64,000 bases of DNA from Bacteroidia bacterium (GCA_965249955.1 OZ252261.1:2426773-2490772), one strand, 5' to 3'. Shown: positions 1-11,672, numbered from the stretch's first letter. The notes: generated from the sequence alone by a model not told the origin. Translations and numbers: made by a program.

Positions 1-743
1 AACAACTTACAGGCGATAAACCAGAGTTTAGTTATTACCTGCGCCTTATCCGTACCGAACATTTTTTCCATTGGTTTTGGTATGCAGTAGCGGGTGCAGT
101 ATTAGGTTTTTTAATCCAAGATAAAAGGCACAGAAAATTCACCTTGTTTTTGCTGTGCGTATCCGTATGTTTTATAGTGGTCGTATCAAGCGCACGTACA
201 CAAATGTTGTGGTACGAGGCTCCTGTATACCCTTTTTTAGCATTATTGGCTGCAATGGCTTTGTATTGCCCTGTTTATTATATCTTAAAACTAACAAAAA
301 AACAGTGGGTTGTTGTTTTTCCAATAGCAGCCATTTTGGTTATAGCCTATATACCCTATAAAAATGCTATTGGTAGGGTTAATCCCCCAACATTGCAACA
401 CGAATGGGAGTTTGAAGCATACAGCATAACCAAATATCTGGTAAAGAGTTACCAAACCGATAAAAATATTGATGGGTATTATTGGTTAGAAAACGACGAT
501 TACAATCCTTATATAGATTTTTATGCTAGGATGTTTGAGAAAAACAAAGGGCAAACTATAACCGCCGTTACTCCGCAAAGACCTAGATTTTTTGAGGAAG
601 GAGATAAAGTGATAGGCTTTTTAACGGAACAAAAACAGCAGCTGGAAAGCTCCTACACTTTTGAGATAATTGATGAATACGAGGATTTTGTGAAAGTATA
701 TAAAATTACCGGACTTAAGCCTTCACCAACTCAATCACAGTAA
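1..743 (+). CDS. ArnT/PMT (GT39-like) membrane glycosyltransferase, 5'-truncated by window edge
   Basis: Frame is open from position 3 (QLTGDKPEFSYYL...) into the 144..743 ORF. It has several TM segments, a 'WYEAPVYPFLALLAA' motif typical of ArnT-like C-terminal halves, and a soluble C-terminal domain. Confidence 0.6.
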   Translation, partial: QLTGDKPEFSYYLRLIRTEHFFHWFWYAVAGAVLGFLIQDKRHRKFTLFLLCVSVCFIVVVSSARTQMLWYEAPVYPFLALLAAMALYCPVYYILKLTKKQWVVVFPIAAILVIAYIPYKNAIGRVNPPTLQHEWEFEAYSITKYLVKSYQTDKNIDGYYWLENDDYNPYIDFYARMFEKNKGQTITAVTPQRPRFFEEGDKVIGFLTEQKQQLESSYTFEIIDEYEDFVKVYKITGLKPSPTQSQ

Positions 744-2034
744 TTTCTGGCAAAATACCTACACGGCCGGGGTAGCCTATATAGCCATAGCCACGGTTTA
801 CGTACAGATGTTGGTTGCCTTGCGTATACAAACCTGCCCATTGTTTGTACATCCACTGCACAGGGCTAAATTTTATAAACTTATTCTCAATACCAAACTG
901 CATACCGTGCGTATGGCCTGCCAGCATTAAATCAATATCCTTGTATTGAGGGCGCACCACTGCATCCCAATGCGATGGGTCGTGCGATAAAAGTATTTTA
1001 TAAGGCGTTGCAGGCATACCCTTTTGCGCCTTTTCCATATCGCCATATTTAGGAAAACGGGCTTTACTACCCCAGTTTTCAACCCCAATAATACCCAGTT
1101 TTTGTCCTCTGCGGTCAAGCACCACGTGGTCGTTGTTTAGCAATTGCCAGTTAAGGTTTTTATGGTGCCCAAATAAGTCTTGCAAGTTTTGAGCCTTTTC
1201 TTCGGGACTTTTCCAGTTACGGGCATAGTCGCCATAATCATGATTACCTAGCGAAGAGTAGCTGCCCATAGGGGCTTTTATTGGCGAAAACACATCCAAA
1301 TAATCATTCATTTCGTAAGCGTAGGTATTCACCATATCGCCCGTAAAAAAGAATACATCGGGCTTTTCGTCCACAATCATTTTTACACCCTTGTATACTG
1401 CATCCTTGTCTACAAAAGAACCTGAGTGTATATCGCTTATTTGTACAATCTTCAATCCGTCAAAAGCCTCAGGCAAATTAGCCGAAGGCAATTTTATGCG
1501 GCGCACCTTGTAGTTGTGTGCATCGTACAAAGCCCCTCGCGAGAAAAAGTATACCGGTGCAACCGCCATTATAGCCCCTGATTGATACAAGAATTGTTTG
1601 CGACTAAGCGTAGTGCCTTTTGGCATATTTTCATCAGTTTCTTGGGCAATTGGTTCTTCAACAGGTAGCTGCACTTGTTCTTTATTGGGTAAAACTTTGC
1701 GCAGTAGCCATTGTAGACCGGCAAGAATATCATTAGCCAGAACAAAAAGTAAAAAAGTAATTTTAGTACCTATAACCGTTACCATAGTTCCGCTAACAAT
1801 GGCACGAGGTAAACGGAAGCGTTCCAACTCAGGAAAAAACAACAGCACCCCTACAGAAACAATGATGAGTACGCTCATTCCAAAAAAAACAATTTTAGAA
1901 GCACGTATATATTTAGGTAAATATTTTTTTGCTAAATCCCTTATTCCACGCCATGTGTAGGTATCTATAAGAAAAAAAAATACGAGTAGAAAGCCAATAA
2001 CTTGGAGACGGAAAAGAAGCATGTTTGTTTGCAT
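715..2034 (-). CDS. Membrane-anchored calcineurin-like metallophosphoesterase (YkuE-like)
   Basis: Motifs DIHSG, GDMVN, GNHDY, LLSHDP and GHTHG. Start moved to ATG 2034 (MQTNMLL) because the longer ORF overlaps the divergent PRODH gene. Confidence 0.85.
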   Translation of the reverse strand: MQTNMLLFRLQVIGFLLVFFFLIDTYTWRGIRDLAKKYLPKYIRASKIVFFGMSVLIIVSVGVLLFFPELERFRLPRAIVSGTMVTVIGTKITFLLFVLANDILAGLQWLLRKVLPNKEQVQLPVEEPIAQETDENMPKGTTLSRKQFLYQSGAIMAVAPVYFFSRGALYDAHNYKVRRIKLPSANLPEAFDGLKIVQISDIHSGSFVDKDAVYKGVKMIVDEKPDVFFFTGDMVNTYAYEMNDYLDVFSPIKAPMGSYSSLGNHDYGDYARNWKSPEEKAQNLQDLFGHHKNLNWQLLNNDHVVLDRRGQKLGIIGVENWGSKARFPKYGDMEKAQKGMPATPYKILLSHDPSHWDAVVRPQYKDIDLMLAGHTHGMQFGIENKFIKFSPVQWMYKQWAGLYTQGNQHLYVNRGYGYIGYPGRVGILPEITVIELVKA

Positions 2035-2116
2035 GTAGCGGATAATTACTTTTGCAGCGTTGGTATAAAAACAAATTAACAGCAAAAAGGTTGCCAACAC
2101 AGTACAAAAACTATAT

Positions 2117-3301
2117 ATGAGTACAAAGCCTCTTCCGTTTTCGTTCGACGATACTGAGATAGCATTTAAGCTAAAAAGCAATGCCGAACTAAAAAAAGCC
2201 CACTTGCTATTTAGGCTATTTGCCTTTAAGTGGCTTATTGCCCTTGGACCTGCATTGGCAAACATAGCTTTTACCTTGCGTTTACCTATTAAAGGTATTA
2301 TCAAAAACACTCTTTTTGCACAGTTTTGTGGTGGCGAAACCATAAACGAGTGCCAACCCACCTCGCAACAGTTGTGGCAGGGTAAAGTAAGTACCATATT
2401 AGATTACTCAGTAGAAGGTTCTGACGATGAAGCTTCTTTAGATACCACAAAAAGCGAAATTATACAAACTATTAACGAAGCCGCTACGCATGATTATATA
2501 TGCTTTAGCGTTTTTAAAATTACCGGTATAGCCCGTTTTGCTTTGTTAGAAAAAATGAATGCAGACAAAGCCCTGTCGCCTGACGAAGTGGCAGAAAAAC
2601 AACGTGTTGAAAGTAGGTTTGATGCCATTTGTCGGCACGCTTACCAAAAAGGCGTATGTGTATTGATAGATGCCGAAGAAAGCTGGATACAGGATGCTAT
2701 TGACCATTTGGCTACCCAAGCCATGCACAAATACAACAAAGAAAAAGTTGTTGTATACAATACCTTGCAAATGTACAGGCACGACCGTATTGCCTTTTTA
2801 AAGAAAAGCATAGCTGAAGCCGAAAGCAATAATTACCACGTTGGTTTTAAATTAGTACGCGGTGCTTATATGGAAAAAGAGCGTAAACGTGCCAAAGAAA
2901 ACAACTATACATCGCCAATACAGCCCGATAAAGCCGCAGCTGATAGGGATTATAATCTTGCTCTTGAAATTTGTGTGCAGAATATAGACCGTGTGAGCAT
3001 TTGCGCAGGCACACACAACGAGCAGAGTAGCGAATACCTTGCACAATTAATGCAAGTTAAAGGCATACAAAACAACGACACTAGAGTATATTTTAGTCAG
3101 CTGCTAGGCATGAGCGACCATATTAGCTTTAACCTTGCCAATGCAGGCTATAATGTGGCAAAATATGTTCCTTATGGCCCTGTGCGTGCCGTATTGCCCT
3201 ACCTTACCCGCCGTGCACAAGAAAACTCATCAGTAGCAGGGCAGGCCAGCCGCGAATTGCGCTTGATTGAAACCGAACTGAAACGCAGGAAGCTGGATTA
3301 A
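2117..3301 (+). CDS. Monofunctional proline dehydrogenase (PRODH)
   Basis: IDAEES, KLVRGAY, GTHN, QLLGM and YVPYGP...YLTRRAQEN motifs; no P5CDH domain. Confidence 0.93.
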   Translation: MSTKPLPFSFDDTEIAFKLKSNAELKKAHLLFRLFAFKWLIALGPALANIAFTLRLPIKGIIKNTLFAQFCGGETINECQPTSQQLWQGKVSTILDYSVEGSDDEASLDTTKSEIIQTINEAATHDYICFSVFKITGIARFALLEKMNADKALSPDEVAEKQRVESRFDAICRHAYQKGVCVLIDAEESWIQDAIDHLATQAMHKYNKEKVVVYNTLQMYRHDRIAFLKKSIAEAESNNYHVGFKLVRGAYMEKERKRAKENNYTSPIQPDKAAADRDYNLALEICVQNIDRVSICAGTHNEQSSEYLAQLMQVKGIQNNDTRVYFSQLLGMSDHISFNLANAGYNVAKYVPYGPVRAVLPYLTRRAQENSSVAGQASRELRLIETELKRRKLD

Positions 3302-3760
3302 TCCGTGTAGCGTTCAATGCTACAAGTCTCCATTTATTTTCTTTTTCTTAAAACCTGTTATTGTTTTACAGGCATTGAAAAAATTTGATTCTGTTAAAAA
3401 CAATAACAGTACTTATTTGTTCTATATAGTAGAATTACAACTAATTAGAAAAGAAACATTGCTTGTAATCAATTAGCATTTTCTGGATACAAACGAAATA
3501 TGCAGCTTTAAAAAGGTGTTTTATTAAGACTTAAAGGCACAGCTTATTTCATCCCCAAATAACACTTTATTTGGATGATTTTTATTGTTTTAAGTTTCAT
3601 TATAGCTACATACAGGCTATTATGAAAAATGCTACTGATATTGATTATAGAGGCATTTAAATTAGTGTCATAAGCAAGAACACCTTACTTAAACACACCT
3701 ATCAATAAAAACACTTGATAGGCAAAAGATTAAACTTTAACACTAAAAACAACAATCATT

Positions 3761-3952
3761 ATGAGTTCAACATCTGACAAAATCAAAGGAAACTGGAATG
3801 TAATCAAAGGTAAAGTAAAATCTAAATACGGTGAACTTACTGAAGACGATTTAACCTACATTGAAGGTAAAGAAGAAGAATTGCTGGGGCGTATTCAAAA
3901 ACGCACCGGTAAAGCAAAAGATGAAATTAAAAGTTTTATCGATTCACTATAA
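3761..3952 (+). CDS. CsbD/YjbJ family stress protein
   Basis: 'KIKGNWNVIKGKVKSKYGELTEDDL...EGKEEELLGRIQKRTG' signature. Confidence 0.92.
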   Translation: MSSTSDKIKGNWNVIKGKVKSKYGELTEDDLTYIEGKEEELLGRIQKRTGKAKDEIKSFIDSL

Positions 3953-3980
3953 CAAACCGCAAAGATTCTTAAAGGCAATA

Positions 3981-4022
3981 AAAACTCTTTTTACTTGAAA
4001 TTTTTCAAGTAAAAAGAGTTTT
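3981..4022 (+). terminator. Hairpin terminator after csbD-like gene
   Basis: 20-bp perfect inverted repeat aaaactctttttacttgaaa / tttcaagtaaaaagagtttt with a 2-nt loop. Confidence 0.7.
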
Positions 4023-4118
4023 TCATTTGTGCACTCAATAGTATATCATCGTGTAGAATTAAAAAATTAACCCTTAACTTGCAACTTCTTTTACAAAAGC
4101 AATTTCAACGCTAACAGA

Positions 4119-4802
4119 ATGAATAACACTTATAACTTGCCAGAGTATAACAGCGTGCGCAATCAACTTGTATTTTCAGAATACGGTAGAAATGTGCAAC
4201 GATTGGTAGAATACTTAGGTACTATTGAAGATAAAGAAGAGCGCAACCGCAAAGCAAATACCGTTATAGCTATTATGGGCAACCTAAACCCCCATTTGCG
4301 CGATACTGCCGATTACAAGCACAAACTTTGGGATCATTTGTTTGCTATGTCAAACTTTACCCTTGATGTAGACTCACCCTATCCCATACCCACACCCGAA
4401 ACCATAAACAAAAAGCCTGAAACAGTAGCTTATTTGGGCAACCATATCAAATTTCGTTTCTACGGCCGCAATGTACAATCGATGGTGAAAGAAGCTGCCG
4501 ATATGGAAGAAGGTGAAGAAAAGCAATACTTCATCAACATGATAGCCTCGTTTATGCGCAACAGCAGCAAAAACTGGAACGATGAAAACCTATCGCCCGA
4601 AGCAATTGCACAACACATAGAAGTATTATCAGAAGGAAGATTAAAAATTAATCCTGCTGAGCTTACCCTTAGCGAAGTAGCAAGGTATAACACCAATAAC
4701 TATCGCCCTAACAATAACCGCAACCAGCGTAATCAGGGCAACAATCGCAACTTCCGCAACAACAACCGTAATCCAAAGCAACAACGCCGCAATAAATACT
4801 AA
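4119..4802 (+). CDS. DUF4290 family protein
   Basis: 'EYN..R..L...EYGRNVQ' N-terminus and 'HKLWDHLF' motif; position directly upstream of murA as commonly seen in Bacteroidota; N/R-rich tail. Confidence 0.85.
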   Translation: MNNTYNLPEYNSVRNQLVFSEYGRNVQRLVEYLGTIEDKEERNRKANTVIAIMGNLNPHLRDTADYKHKLWDHLFAMSNFTLDVDSPYPIPTPETINKKPETVAYLGNHIKFRFYGRNVQSMVKEAADMEEGEEKQYFINMIASFMRNSSKNWNDENLSPEAIAQHIEVLSEGRLKINPAELTLSEVARYNTNNYRPNNNRNQRNQGNNRNFRNNNRNPKQQRRNKY

Positions 4803-4811
4803 TACAGCCCA

Positions 4812-6128
4812 ATGGCATATTTTAAAATAAACGGTGGAAAAAAACTGCAAGGCGAGCTAACCCCGCAAGGGGCAAAAAACGAAACCCTGCAAATATTATC
4901 GGCAGTATTGCTAACACCTGAAAAGGTAACCATACACAACATACCCGCCATACGCGATGTATTAAAGCTGATAGAGCTTTTGGGTGATATGGGTGTGAAA
5001 GTAGAAAAACTAAGCACCAACAGCTACACCTTTGAAGCCAAAGATGTAAACCTAGACTATTTGCGTAGCGATGATTTTCGTAAAAAAGGTAGTGGTTTGC
5101 GTGGTTCAATAATGGTAGTAGGGCCATTACTAGCTCGTTTTGGCCAAGGCTATATGCCCAAACCCGGTGGCGATAAAATAGGCCGTCGTAGGTTAGATAC
5201 TCACTTTTTGGGTTTTGAAAAACTAGGCGCAGTAACCACAATAGAAAAAGACGAACACGGTAACTCAGTCTTTAGCCTTACAGCAAAACAACTTACAGGT
5301 ACCTATATACTTTTAGATGAGCCTTCGGTAACGGGCACTGCCAATATTATTATGGCAGCCGTAATGGCAAAAGGAACAACTACCATATACAATGCCGCTT
5401 GCGAGCCCTACATACAGCAACTAAGCCGTATGCTAAACAGCATGGGAGCAAAAATAAGTGGCTATGGTTCAAACCTAATTACCATTGAAGGAGTAGAATA
5501 TTTGGGCGGGTGTACACACACCATGTTGCCCGATATGATAGAAGTAGGCAGCTTTATAGGTCTTGCCGCCATGACCCAGTCAGAAATCACCATAAAAAAT
5601 GCTGGCATAGCCCACTTAGGTGTTATACCCGGTGTTTTTGGCAGGTTGGGTATACAAATGGAGTTTAGAGGCGATGATATATACATCCCCGCACAAGAAA
5701 AATATAGGATAGACACCTTTATGGATGGCTCTATACTTACCATTGCCGATGGCCCTTGGCCGTTGTTTACCCCCGACCTTATAAGCATAATGTTGGTAGT
5801 GGCTACACAAGCCGAAGGCAATGTGCTGATACACCAAAAAATGTTTGAAAGCAGGTTGTTTTTTGTAGATAACCTTATTGATATGGGTGCACAAATAATA
5901 CTTTGCGACCCGCACCGTGCCAACGTAATGGGGCTAAACCGCCGTTCGCCATTACGTGCCATCACCATGTCGTCTCCCGATATACGCGCGGGGGTGTCGC
6001 TATTAATAGCTGCCCTTAGTGCAAATGGAACAAGTACTATACACAATATTGAACAAATAGACCGTGGGTACGAACGTATTGACGAACGCCTGATAGCCCT
6101 AGGTGCTGATATTACTAGGTACGAGTAA
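4812..6128 (+). CDS. murA: UDP-N-acetylglucosamine 1-carboxyvinyltransferase
   Basis: GAKN, LRGS, 'PGGDKIGRR' (Asp in place of the fosfomycin-target Cys), SVTGTAN, PDIRAG and IDRGYE motifs. Confidence 0.96.
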   Translation: MAYFKINGGKKLQGELTPQGAKNETLQILSAVLLTPEKVTIHNIPAIRDVLKLIELLGDMGVKVEKLSTNSYTFEAKDVNLDYLRSDDFRKKGSGLRGSIMVVGPLLARFGQGYMPKPGGDKIGRRRLDTHFLGFEKLGAVTTIEKDEHGNSVFSLTAKQLTGTYILLDEPSVTGTANIIMAAVMAKGTTTIYNAACEPYIQQLSRMLNSMGAKISGYGSNLITIEGVEYLGGCTHTMLPDMIEVGSFIGLAAMTQSEITIKNAGIAHLGVIPGVFGRLGIQMEFRGDDIYIPAQEKYRIDTFMDGSILTIADGPWPLFTPDLISIMLVVATQAEGNVLIHQKMFESRLFFVDNLIDMGAQIILCDPHRANVMGLNRRSPLRAITMSSPDIRAGVSLLIAALSANGTSTIHNIEQIDRGYERIDERLIALGADITRYE

Positions 6129-6182
6129 AAAATATAGACTAAATAACTAAAACGGAATCATTTTTGATTTTAGTTAAAGCAA

Positions 6183-6758
6183 ATGGATACAAAGACCATG
6201 AAAAAATATGCACTTTATGCCCTGCCACTTGTTTTAGTAATAAGTATAGGTGTGGGTTTAGCCGTTGATGTAAGACAAGATATAGAGGCAAGTGTTGCAG
6301 CACCCGTTAAACAAGGTCAGCCTAAAGTAGGAGATATAGCTCCCGAAATTGCACAGCCCAATTTGGATGGTGATACAATAACACTATCATCGCTTAGAGG
6401 AAAAATAGTTTTGGTTGATTTTTGGGCAAGTTGGTGCAAACCCTGCCGCGAAGAGAATAAAAATCTAGTAAAAACATACAACCGTTTTAAAAACGCAGGC
6501 TTTAAAAACGCCTCAGAATTTACAGTATACAGCGTTTCGCTAGATCAACACAAAAGCAACTGGGAAGGAGCTATTGAAAAAGACAGGTTAGCTTGGGATT
6601 ACCATGTATCCGACCTTAAAAAATGGTATTCTGCTGCCGCTGCTGAGTATGGAGTAGAATCTATCCCCATGAATTTTTTATTGGATGAAAAAGGTAGAGT
6701 AGTAGGTAAAAACCTTCGCGGTAAAGAGTTGGATAGAGCACTTGAAAAACTTCAATAA
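6183..6758 (+). CDS. TlpA/ResA family thiol-disulfide oxidoreductase
   Basis: N-terminal anchor, 'VDFWASWCKPCREE', 'YGVESIP.NFLLD'. Confidence 0.92.
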   Translation: MDTKTMKKYALYALPLVLVISIGVGLAVDVRQDIEASVAAPVKQGQPKVGDIAPEIAQPNLDGDTITLSSLRGKIVLVDFWASWCKPCREENKNLVKTYNRFKNAGFKNASEFTVYSVSLDQHKSNWEGAIEKDRLAWDYHVSDLKKWYSAAAAEYGVESIPMNFLLDEKGRVVGKNLRGKELDRALEKLQ

Positions 6759-6787
6759 GAGCAACAATACATAAAACGTATAGAATG

Positions 6788-6816
6788 AAAAAACGGCTGT
6801 TTGGCCGTTTTTTTTT
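6788..6816 (+). terminator. Rho-independent terminator
   Basis: aaaaaacggc-tgtttg-gccgttttttttt. Confidence 0.75.
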
Positions 6817-6899
6817 GCCCTTGAGGGATTAAAAGACTGTCAATTTGGCAAAAAAGCCCTTTGGCAGTAATATTGCAAAATGGGCAAGTACCATAACAG

Positions 6900-7523
6900 T
6901 TGAAAAAATCAAGATTTAATACATTAACCGGAAAATTATTTGGCAGGAAAGCTATGACTAATAACGAACCGAACGGAACCGAAAAAATGGAAAACGGAGA
7001 GGCCACAGATGCAACCGTAGATGAAACTACAACAACTGTTGATGAAAAGGTGGAGGAAACAAAACCTGAACTATCAGCAGAAGAAAAACTAAAAGCCGAA
7101 GTGGCAGAGTTGAACGATAAATACTTACGCCTGTATAGCGAGTTTGATAACATGAAACGTCGCAATGCCAAAGAGCGTATAGAGCTTGTGCAAACCGCAG
7201 GTAAAGATATATTACTATCGCTATTGCCCGTTGCCGATGATTTTGAGCGAGCAATGAAATCAATAGAAGCGGGTGCGGATGTTGAAGCGGTGAAAGAAGG
7301 TGTAGCCTTAATACACAATAAATTTGTGAATGTGCTAACCCAAAAAGGTTTGAAAGCAGTAGAAGCAACAGGCAAAGAGTTTGATTTAGATTATCACGAG
7401 GCTATAACAAAAATACCGGCACCTACCGAAGATTTGAAGGGTAAAGTGGTAGACGAAGTAGAAAAAGGCTATACCTTGCACGATAAGGTGATAAGGTTTG
7501 CAAAAGTAGTAGTAGGAGAATAA
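6900..7523 (+). CDS. grpE: Nucleotide exchange factor GrpE
   Basis: '[14 protein letters not shown]', '[11 protein letters not shown]', 'FDLDYHEAI', '[16 protein letters not shown]'. Start may be ATG 6954. Confidence 0.96.
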   Translation: MKKSRFNTLTGKLFGRKAMTNNEPNGTEKMENGEATDATVDETTTTVDEKVEETKPELSAEEKLKAEVAELNDKYLRLYSEFDNMKRRNAKERIELVQTAGKDILLSLLPVADDFERAMKSIEAGADVEAVKEGVALIHNKFVNVLTQKGLKAVEATGKEFDLDYHEAITKIPAPTEDLKGKVVDEVEKGYTLHDKVIRFAKVVVGE

Positions 7524-8653
7524 TGGCAAAAAGAGATTATTACGAAGTACTGGGGGTAAATAGAAACGCCACCGCGGAGGAAATTAAAAAAGCCTACCGA
7601 CAGATGGCTATTAAATACCACCCTGATAAAAATCCGGATAACCCCGAAGCTGAGGACAAGTTTAAAGAAGCTGCTGAAGCCTACGAGGTATTAAGCAATG
7701 CCGATAAACGCCAACAATACAACCAATTTGGTCATGCAGGCATGGGCAACCGTGGTGGTGGATATGGCGGCGGTGCTAATATGAATATGGACGACATATT
7801 CAGTCAGTTTGGGGATATTTTTGGTGATGGCAGCCCGTTTGAAAGCTTTTTTGGCGGGGGTGGACGCGGTGGACGTACTAGAGGCGCAGTAGGCTCTAAC
7901 ATACGCATACGCATAAAACTAACCCTGCAAGAAATAGCCAAAGGTGCCGATAAAAAAGTGAAGTATAACCGCATGACGGTGGCCAAAGGCGTAAACTTTA
8001 AAACCTGCACCACTTGTAATGGTACAGGAGCTATACGCAGGGTAACAAATACTATACTTGGTCAAATGCAAACTACCAGTACCTGTAATACTTGTAACGG
8101 TAGTGGTAAAATTGTTTCAGACCGTCCTGCAGGCGTTGGCCCTGATGGATTAATAGCTCAAGAGGAATTTGTAGAACTTAAAATACCCGCAGGGGTAGAA
8201 GAAGGAATGCAACTATCGGTTAGCGGAAAAGGCAATGCCTCGCCAGGGGGTATGGGGCCTAACGGCGATTTGATAGTGCAGATAGAAGAGGTTGAAGACG
8301 AACACTTAAAACGTGATGGACAAAACGTGTTGTACGTAGAAGATATTAGCTTTGCTGATGCTGCTTTGGGTACAACAGTTGAAGTGCCCACGGTAGAAGG
8401 TCGTGCAAAAATAAAAGTAGAAGCGGGTACACAATCGGGAAAAATACTGCGCCTAAAAGGCAAAGGTTTACCCAGTGTTAACGGCTATGGACGTGGCGAC
8501 CAATTGGTGAAGATAAATGTGTTTACCCCTACCAAACTTAGCAGTGATGAAAAAGCATTGCTTGAGAAACTACGCGATGCTGATAATTTTAAACCTCGCC
8601 CAGGCCAAACAGATAAAAGTTTCTTTGGTCGCATGAAAGAGTTTTTTGGTTAA
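7523..8653 (+). CDS. dnaJ: Chaperone DnaJ
   Basis: J domain with HPD, G/F-rich region, two CxxCxGxG repeats and C-terminal domain; coupled to grpE (TAATG overlap). Confidence 0.97.
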   Translation: MAKRDYYEVLGVNRNATAEEIKKAYRQMAIKYHPDKNPDNPEAEDKFKEAAEAYEVLSNADKRQQYNQFGHAGMGNRGGGYGGGANMNMDDIFSQFGDIFGDGSPFESFFGGGGRGGRTRGAVGSNIRIRIKLTLQEIAKGADKKVKYNRMTVAKGVNFKTCTTCNGTGAIRRVTNTILGQMQTTSTCNTCNGSGKIVSDRPAGVGPDGLIAQEEFVELKIPAGVEEGMQLSVSGKGNASPGGMGPNGDLIVQIEEVEDEHLKRDGQNVLYVEDISFADAALGTTVEVPTVEGRAKIKVEAGTQSGKILRLKGKGLPSVNGYGRGDQLVKINVFTPTKLSSDEKALLEKLRDADNFKPRPGQTDKSFFGRMKEFFG

Positions 8654-8677
8654 GATTTAATCTTAACATTATACCAT

Positions 8678-8711
8678 AGCCCAAAAGTATATCTATGCTT
8701 TTGGGCTTTTT
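8678..8711 (+). terminator. Rho-independent terminator after dnaJ
   Basis: agcccaaaag...cttttgggct followed by a T-run. Confidence 0.75.
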
Positions 8712-8772
8712 CTTTTAATCATATTCAGAGTGTAGGTAAAGAATTTTGATGTGTGCGTGTGTGTGGTTGCCA

Positions 8773-8857
8773 GTCATTCCCTTGCAAAAGGGAATCTGCG
8801 CGAGGCAATATATTATATGTTTACCCACCCACAGACTCCTGCTTTCGCAGGAATGAC
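8773..8857. repeat. Miniature palindromic element (dRS3/RPE-like, GTCATTCC...GGAATGAC)
   Basis: Terminal inverted repeats GTCATTCC/GGAATGAC; left arm ATTCCC-N8-GGGAAT, right arm ACTCCTGC-TTTC-GCAGGAAT. Confidence 0.75.
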
Positions 8858-8887
8858 GTCCCTTGCGCCAATGCTTCACATTGTTCT

Positions 8888-9463
8888 TTATAAATTGGCC
8901 ACAAAACGATAGGGAAGTAGTGCGTCTTCACCCGCATAGTCTACACCAATACGGGGAGTGGATTTTATGTTCTCAGGGTCAATCTTTAGTCCAACATCTT
9001 CAATCCAAATAGTATTTTCTTGTAACAACAAGCCGTTATGTATGGTTTTAATGCCCAAAGCTTGTGATAATGTCCCCGGGCCTGTGCTTAGCGTGTTATT
9101 TGTCTTTGTTTTGTTTCGTCGCTGCAAAATCGTTTCTAGCCCTTTTAAGGGCTTTATATTTCTAATCAATACTGCGTGTGGCACACCCTCAATATTTGTC
9201 ACCACGTTAAACAAATGGTGTGTACCGTAGCATAAATATATATAACTCACACCGCCTGCTGCATACATGGTTTGGGTACGAGGGGTAAATTTGCCACCAT
9301 AGGCATGGCTTGCACGGTCTACAATGCCATTGTAGGCTTCGGTTTCAGTAATTATACCACTGGTTAGTTCACCGTCAATATTTGTTATTAATTCTTTGCC
9401 CAATAGTTCACGGGCTATTTGTACCACATCGGTACGTTGGTAAAAATCATTTGTTAGTTTCAT
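8888..9463 (-). CDS. mpg: DNA-3-methyladenine glycosylase (MPG/AAG family)
   Basis: 'ARELLGK', 'ITETEAY', 'YIYLCYG.H..FNVVT', 'AVLIR', 'GPGTL' and 'PRIGV' motifs. Confidence 0.95.
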   Translation of the reverse strand: MKLTNDFYQRTDVVQIARELLGKELITNIDGELTSGIITETEAYNGIVDRASHAYGGKFTPRTQTMYAAGGVSYIYLCYGTHHLFNVVTNIEGVPHAVLIRNIKPLKGLETILQRRNKTKTNNTLSTGPGTLSQALGIKTIHNGLLLQENTIWIEDVGLKIDPENIKSTPRIGVDYAGEDALLPYRFVANL

Positions 9464-10052
9464 GCTGTCGGGTAAAAAAATAGCCTATACCCATATTCAT
9501 CAATACCCCTGCAAAGCCATTTTTTTGTTTAAATCTCGTATCTAAAAAGTACTTACGTCCCCAACCTGCACCAAGCGTATATTGTAATCGCTTTAGTACA
9601 CGAAATTTTGCACCGGCTGCAATGCCCCATACCCAGCTATTACTTGTGTAGTAGCAAGGGCGGCAATAATCATCACTATTCATCAAACCCCGTTCATACA
9701 AAATCTTTCCATTAGTAAAAGCATTAGTAAAACTGCCGTATAGCCAAAAGCGGTTGCGGTAGTTTAGTAAAGTTCGTTCGTAAGTGAAGAAGAAAGAGTA
9801 GTTTGTATAAGCATCAACCGTGCTCTCGTTTTGATAGGGAGCAATAGTACCCACATGAAAAATATTTTTGTTTACGCCCAAAAAAGCGGCAGGTTTTACA
9901 AAAGAGACTTCAGCCATAGGCTCACCATGCATTGAGCTTATAACAAGTGCAGTGTTATCAATGCCCCAAAAAATGTTTTTCTGTGCACTAAGGGGACTCA
10001 ATGTGCTCAGTAAAATGATAGCTAAGGCTTGTATTTTCAGTACTTGTGTCAA
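9447..10052 (-). CDS. Hypothetical exported protein, probable small outer-membrane beta-barrel
   Basis: Signal peptide (..LSPLSAQ), alternating aromatic/Gly beta-strands, ends 'MGIGYFF'; overlaps the mpg start. Confidence 0.45.
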   Translation of the reverse strand: MTQVLKIQALAIILLSTLSPLSAQKNIFWGIDNTALVISSMHGEPMAEVSFVKPAAFLGVNKNIFHVGTIAPYQNESTVDAYTNYSFFFTYERTLLNYRNRFWLYGSFTNAFTNGKILYERGLMNSDDYCRPCYYTSNSWVWGIAAGAKFRVLKRLQYTLGAGWGRKYFLDTRFKQKNGFAGVLMNMGIGYFFTRQHETNK

Positions 10053-10111
10053 AAGCTATTTTTTTTGAATACAAATATCAAACATAGGTTTTTTTTAAAA
10101 AAGAAAATGAT

Positions 10112-10119
10112 ACCTTTGC
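10112..10119 (+). promoter_or_regulatory. Bacteroidota -7 promoter element upstream of atpD
   Basis: TACCTTTG matches TAnnTTTG, 34 nt before the ATG. Confidence 0.6.
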
Positions 10120-10149
10120 GCCCGAAAAAACAGGTATTTTAATCCCTAA

Positions 10150-11661
<1,512 letters not shown>

Positions 11662-11672
11662 TTTTATAAACC

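Noticed and set aside
2035-2397. Long N-terminal extension of the metallophosphoesterase ORF
   Set aside because: It overlaps the divergent PRODH gene by ~280 nt; a downstream ATG gives a normal protein. The same logic was used to trim ORFs at 17715, 21850, 28703, 36984 and 47016.
3302-3760. 460-bp AT-rich intergenic region upstream of csbD
   Set aside because: No riboswitch, sRNA hairpin or repeat recognisable by eye.
5150-5195. MurA with Asp at the fosfomycin-reactive Cys position (PGGDKIG)
   Set aside because: Established intrinsic-resistance variant found in many taxa.
5462-6046. 194-aa antisense ORF inside murA (likewise 60262..60954, 61204..61866, 6752..7375, 54579..55091, 50758..51249 and the other nested short ORFs)
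   Set aside because: They lie wholly within well-supported genes, read as antisense or alternate-frame shadows, and show no motifs.
7990-8110. DnaJ with only two CxxCxGxG repeats
   Set aside because: A reduced zinc finger is, as I recall, common in Bacteroidota DnaJ; not locus-specific.
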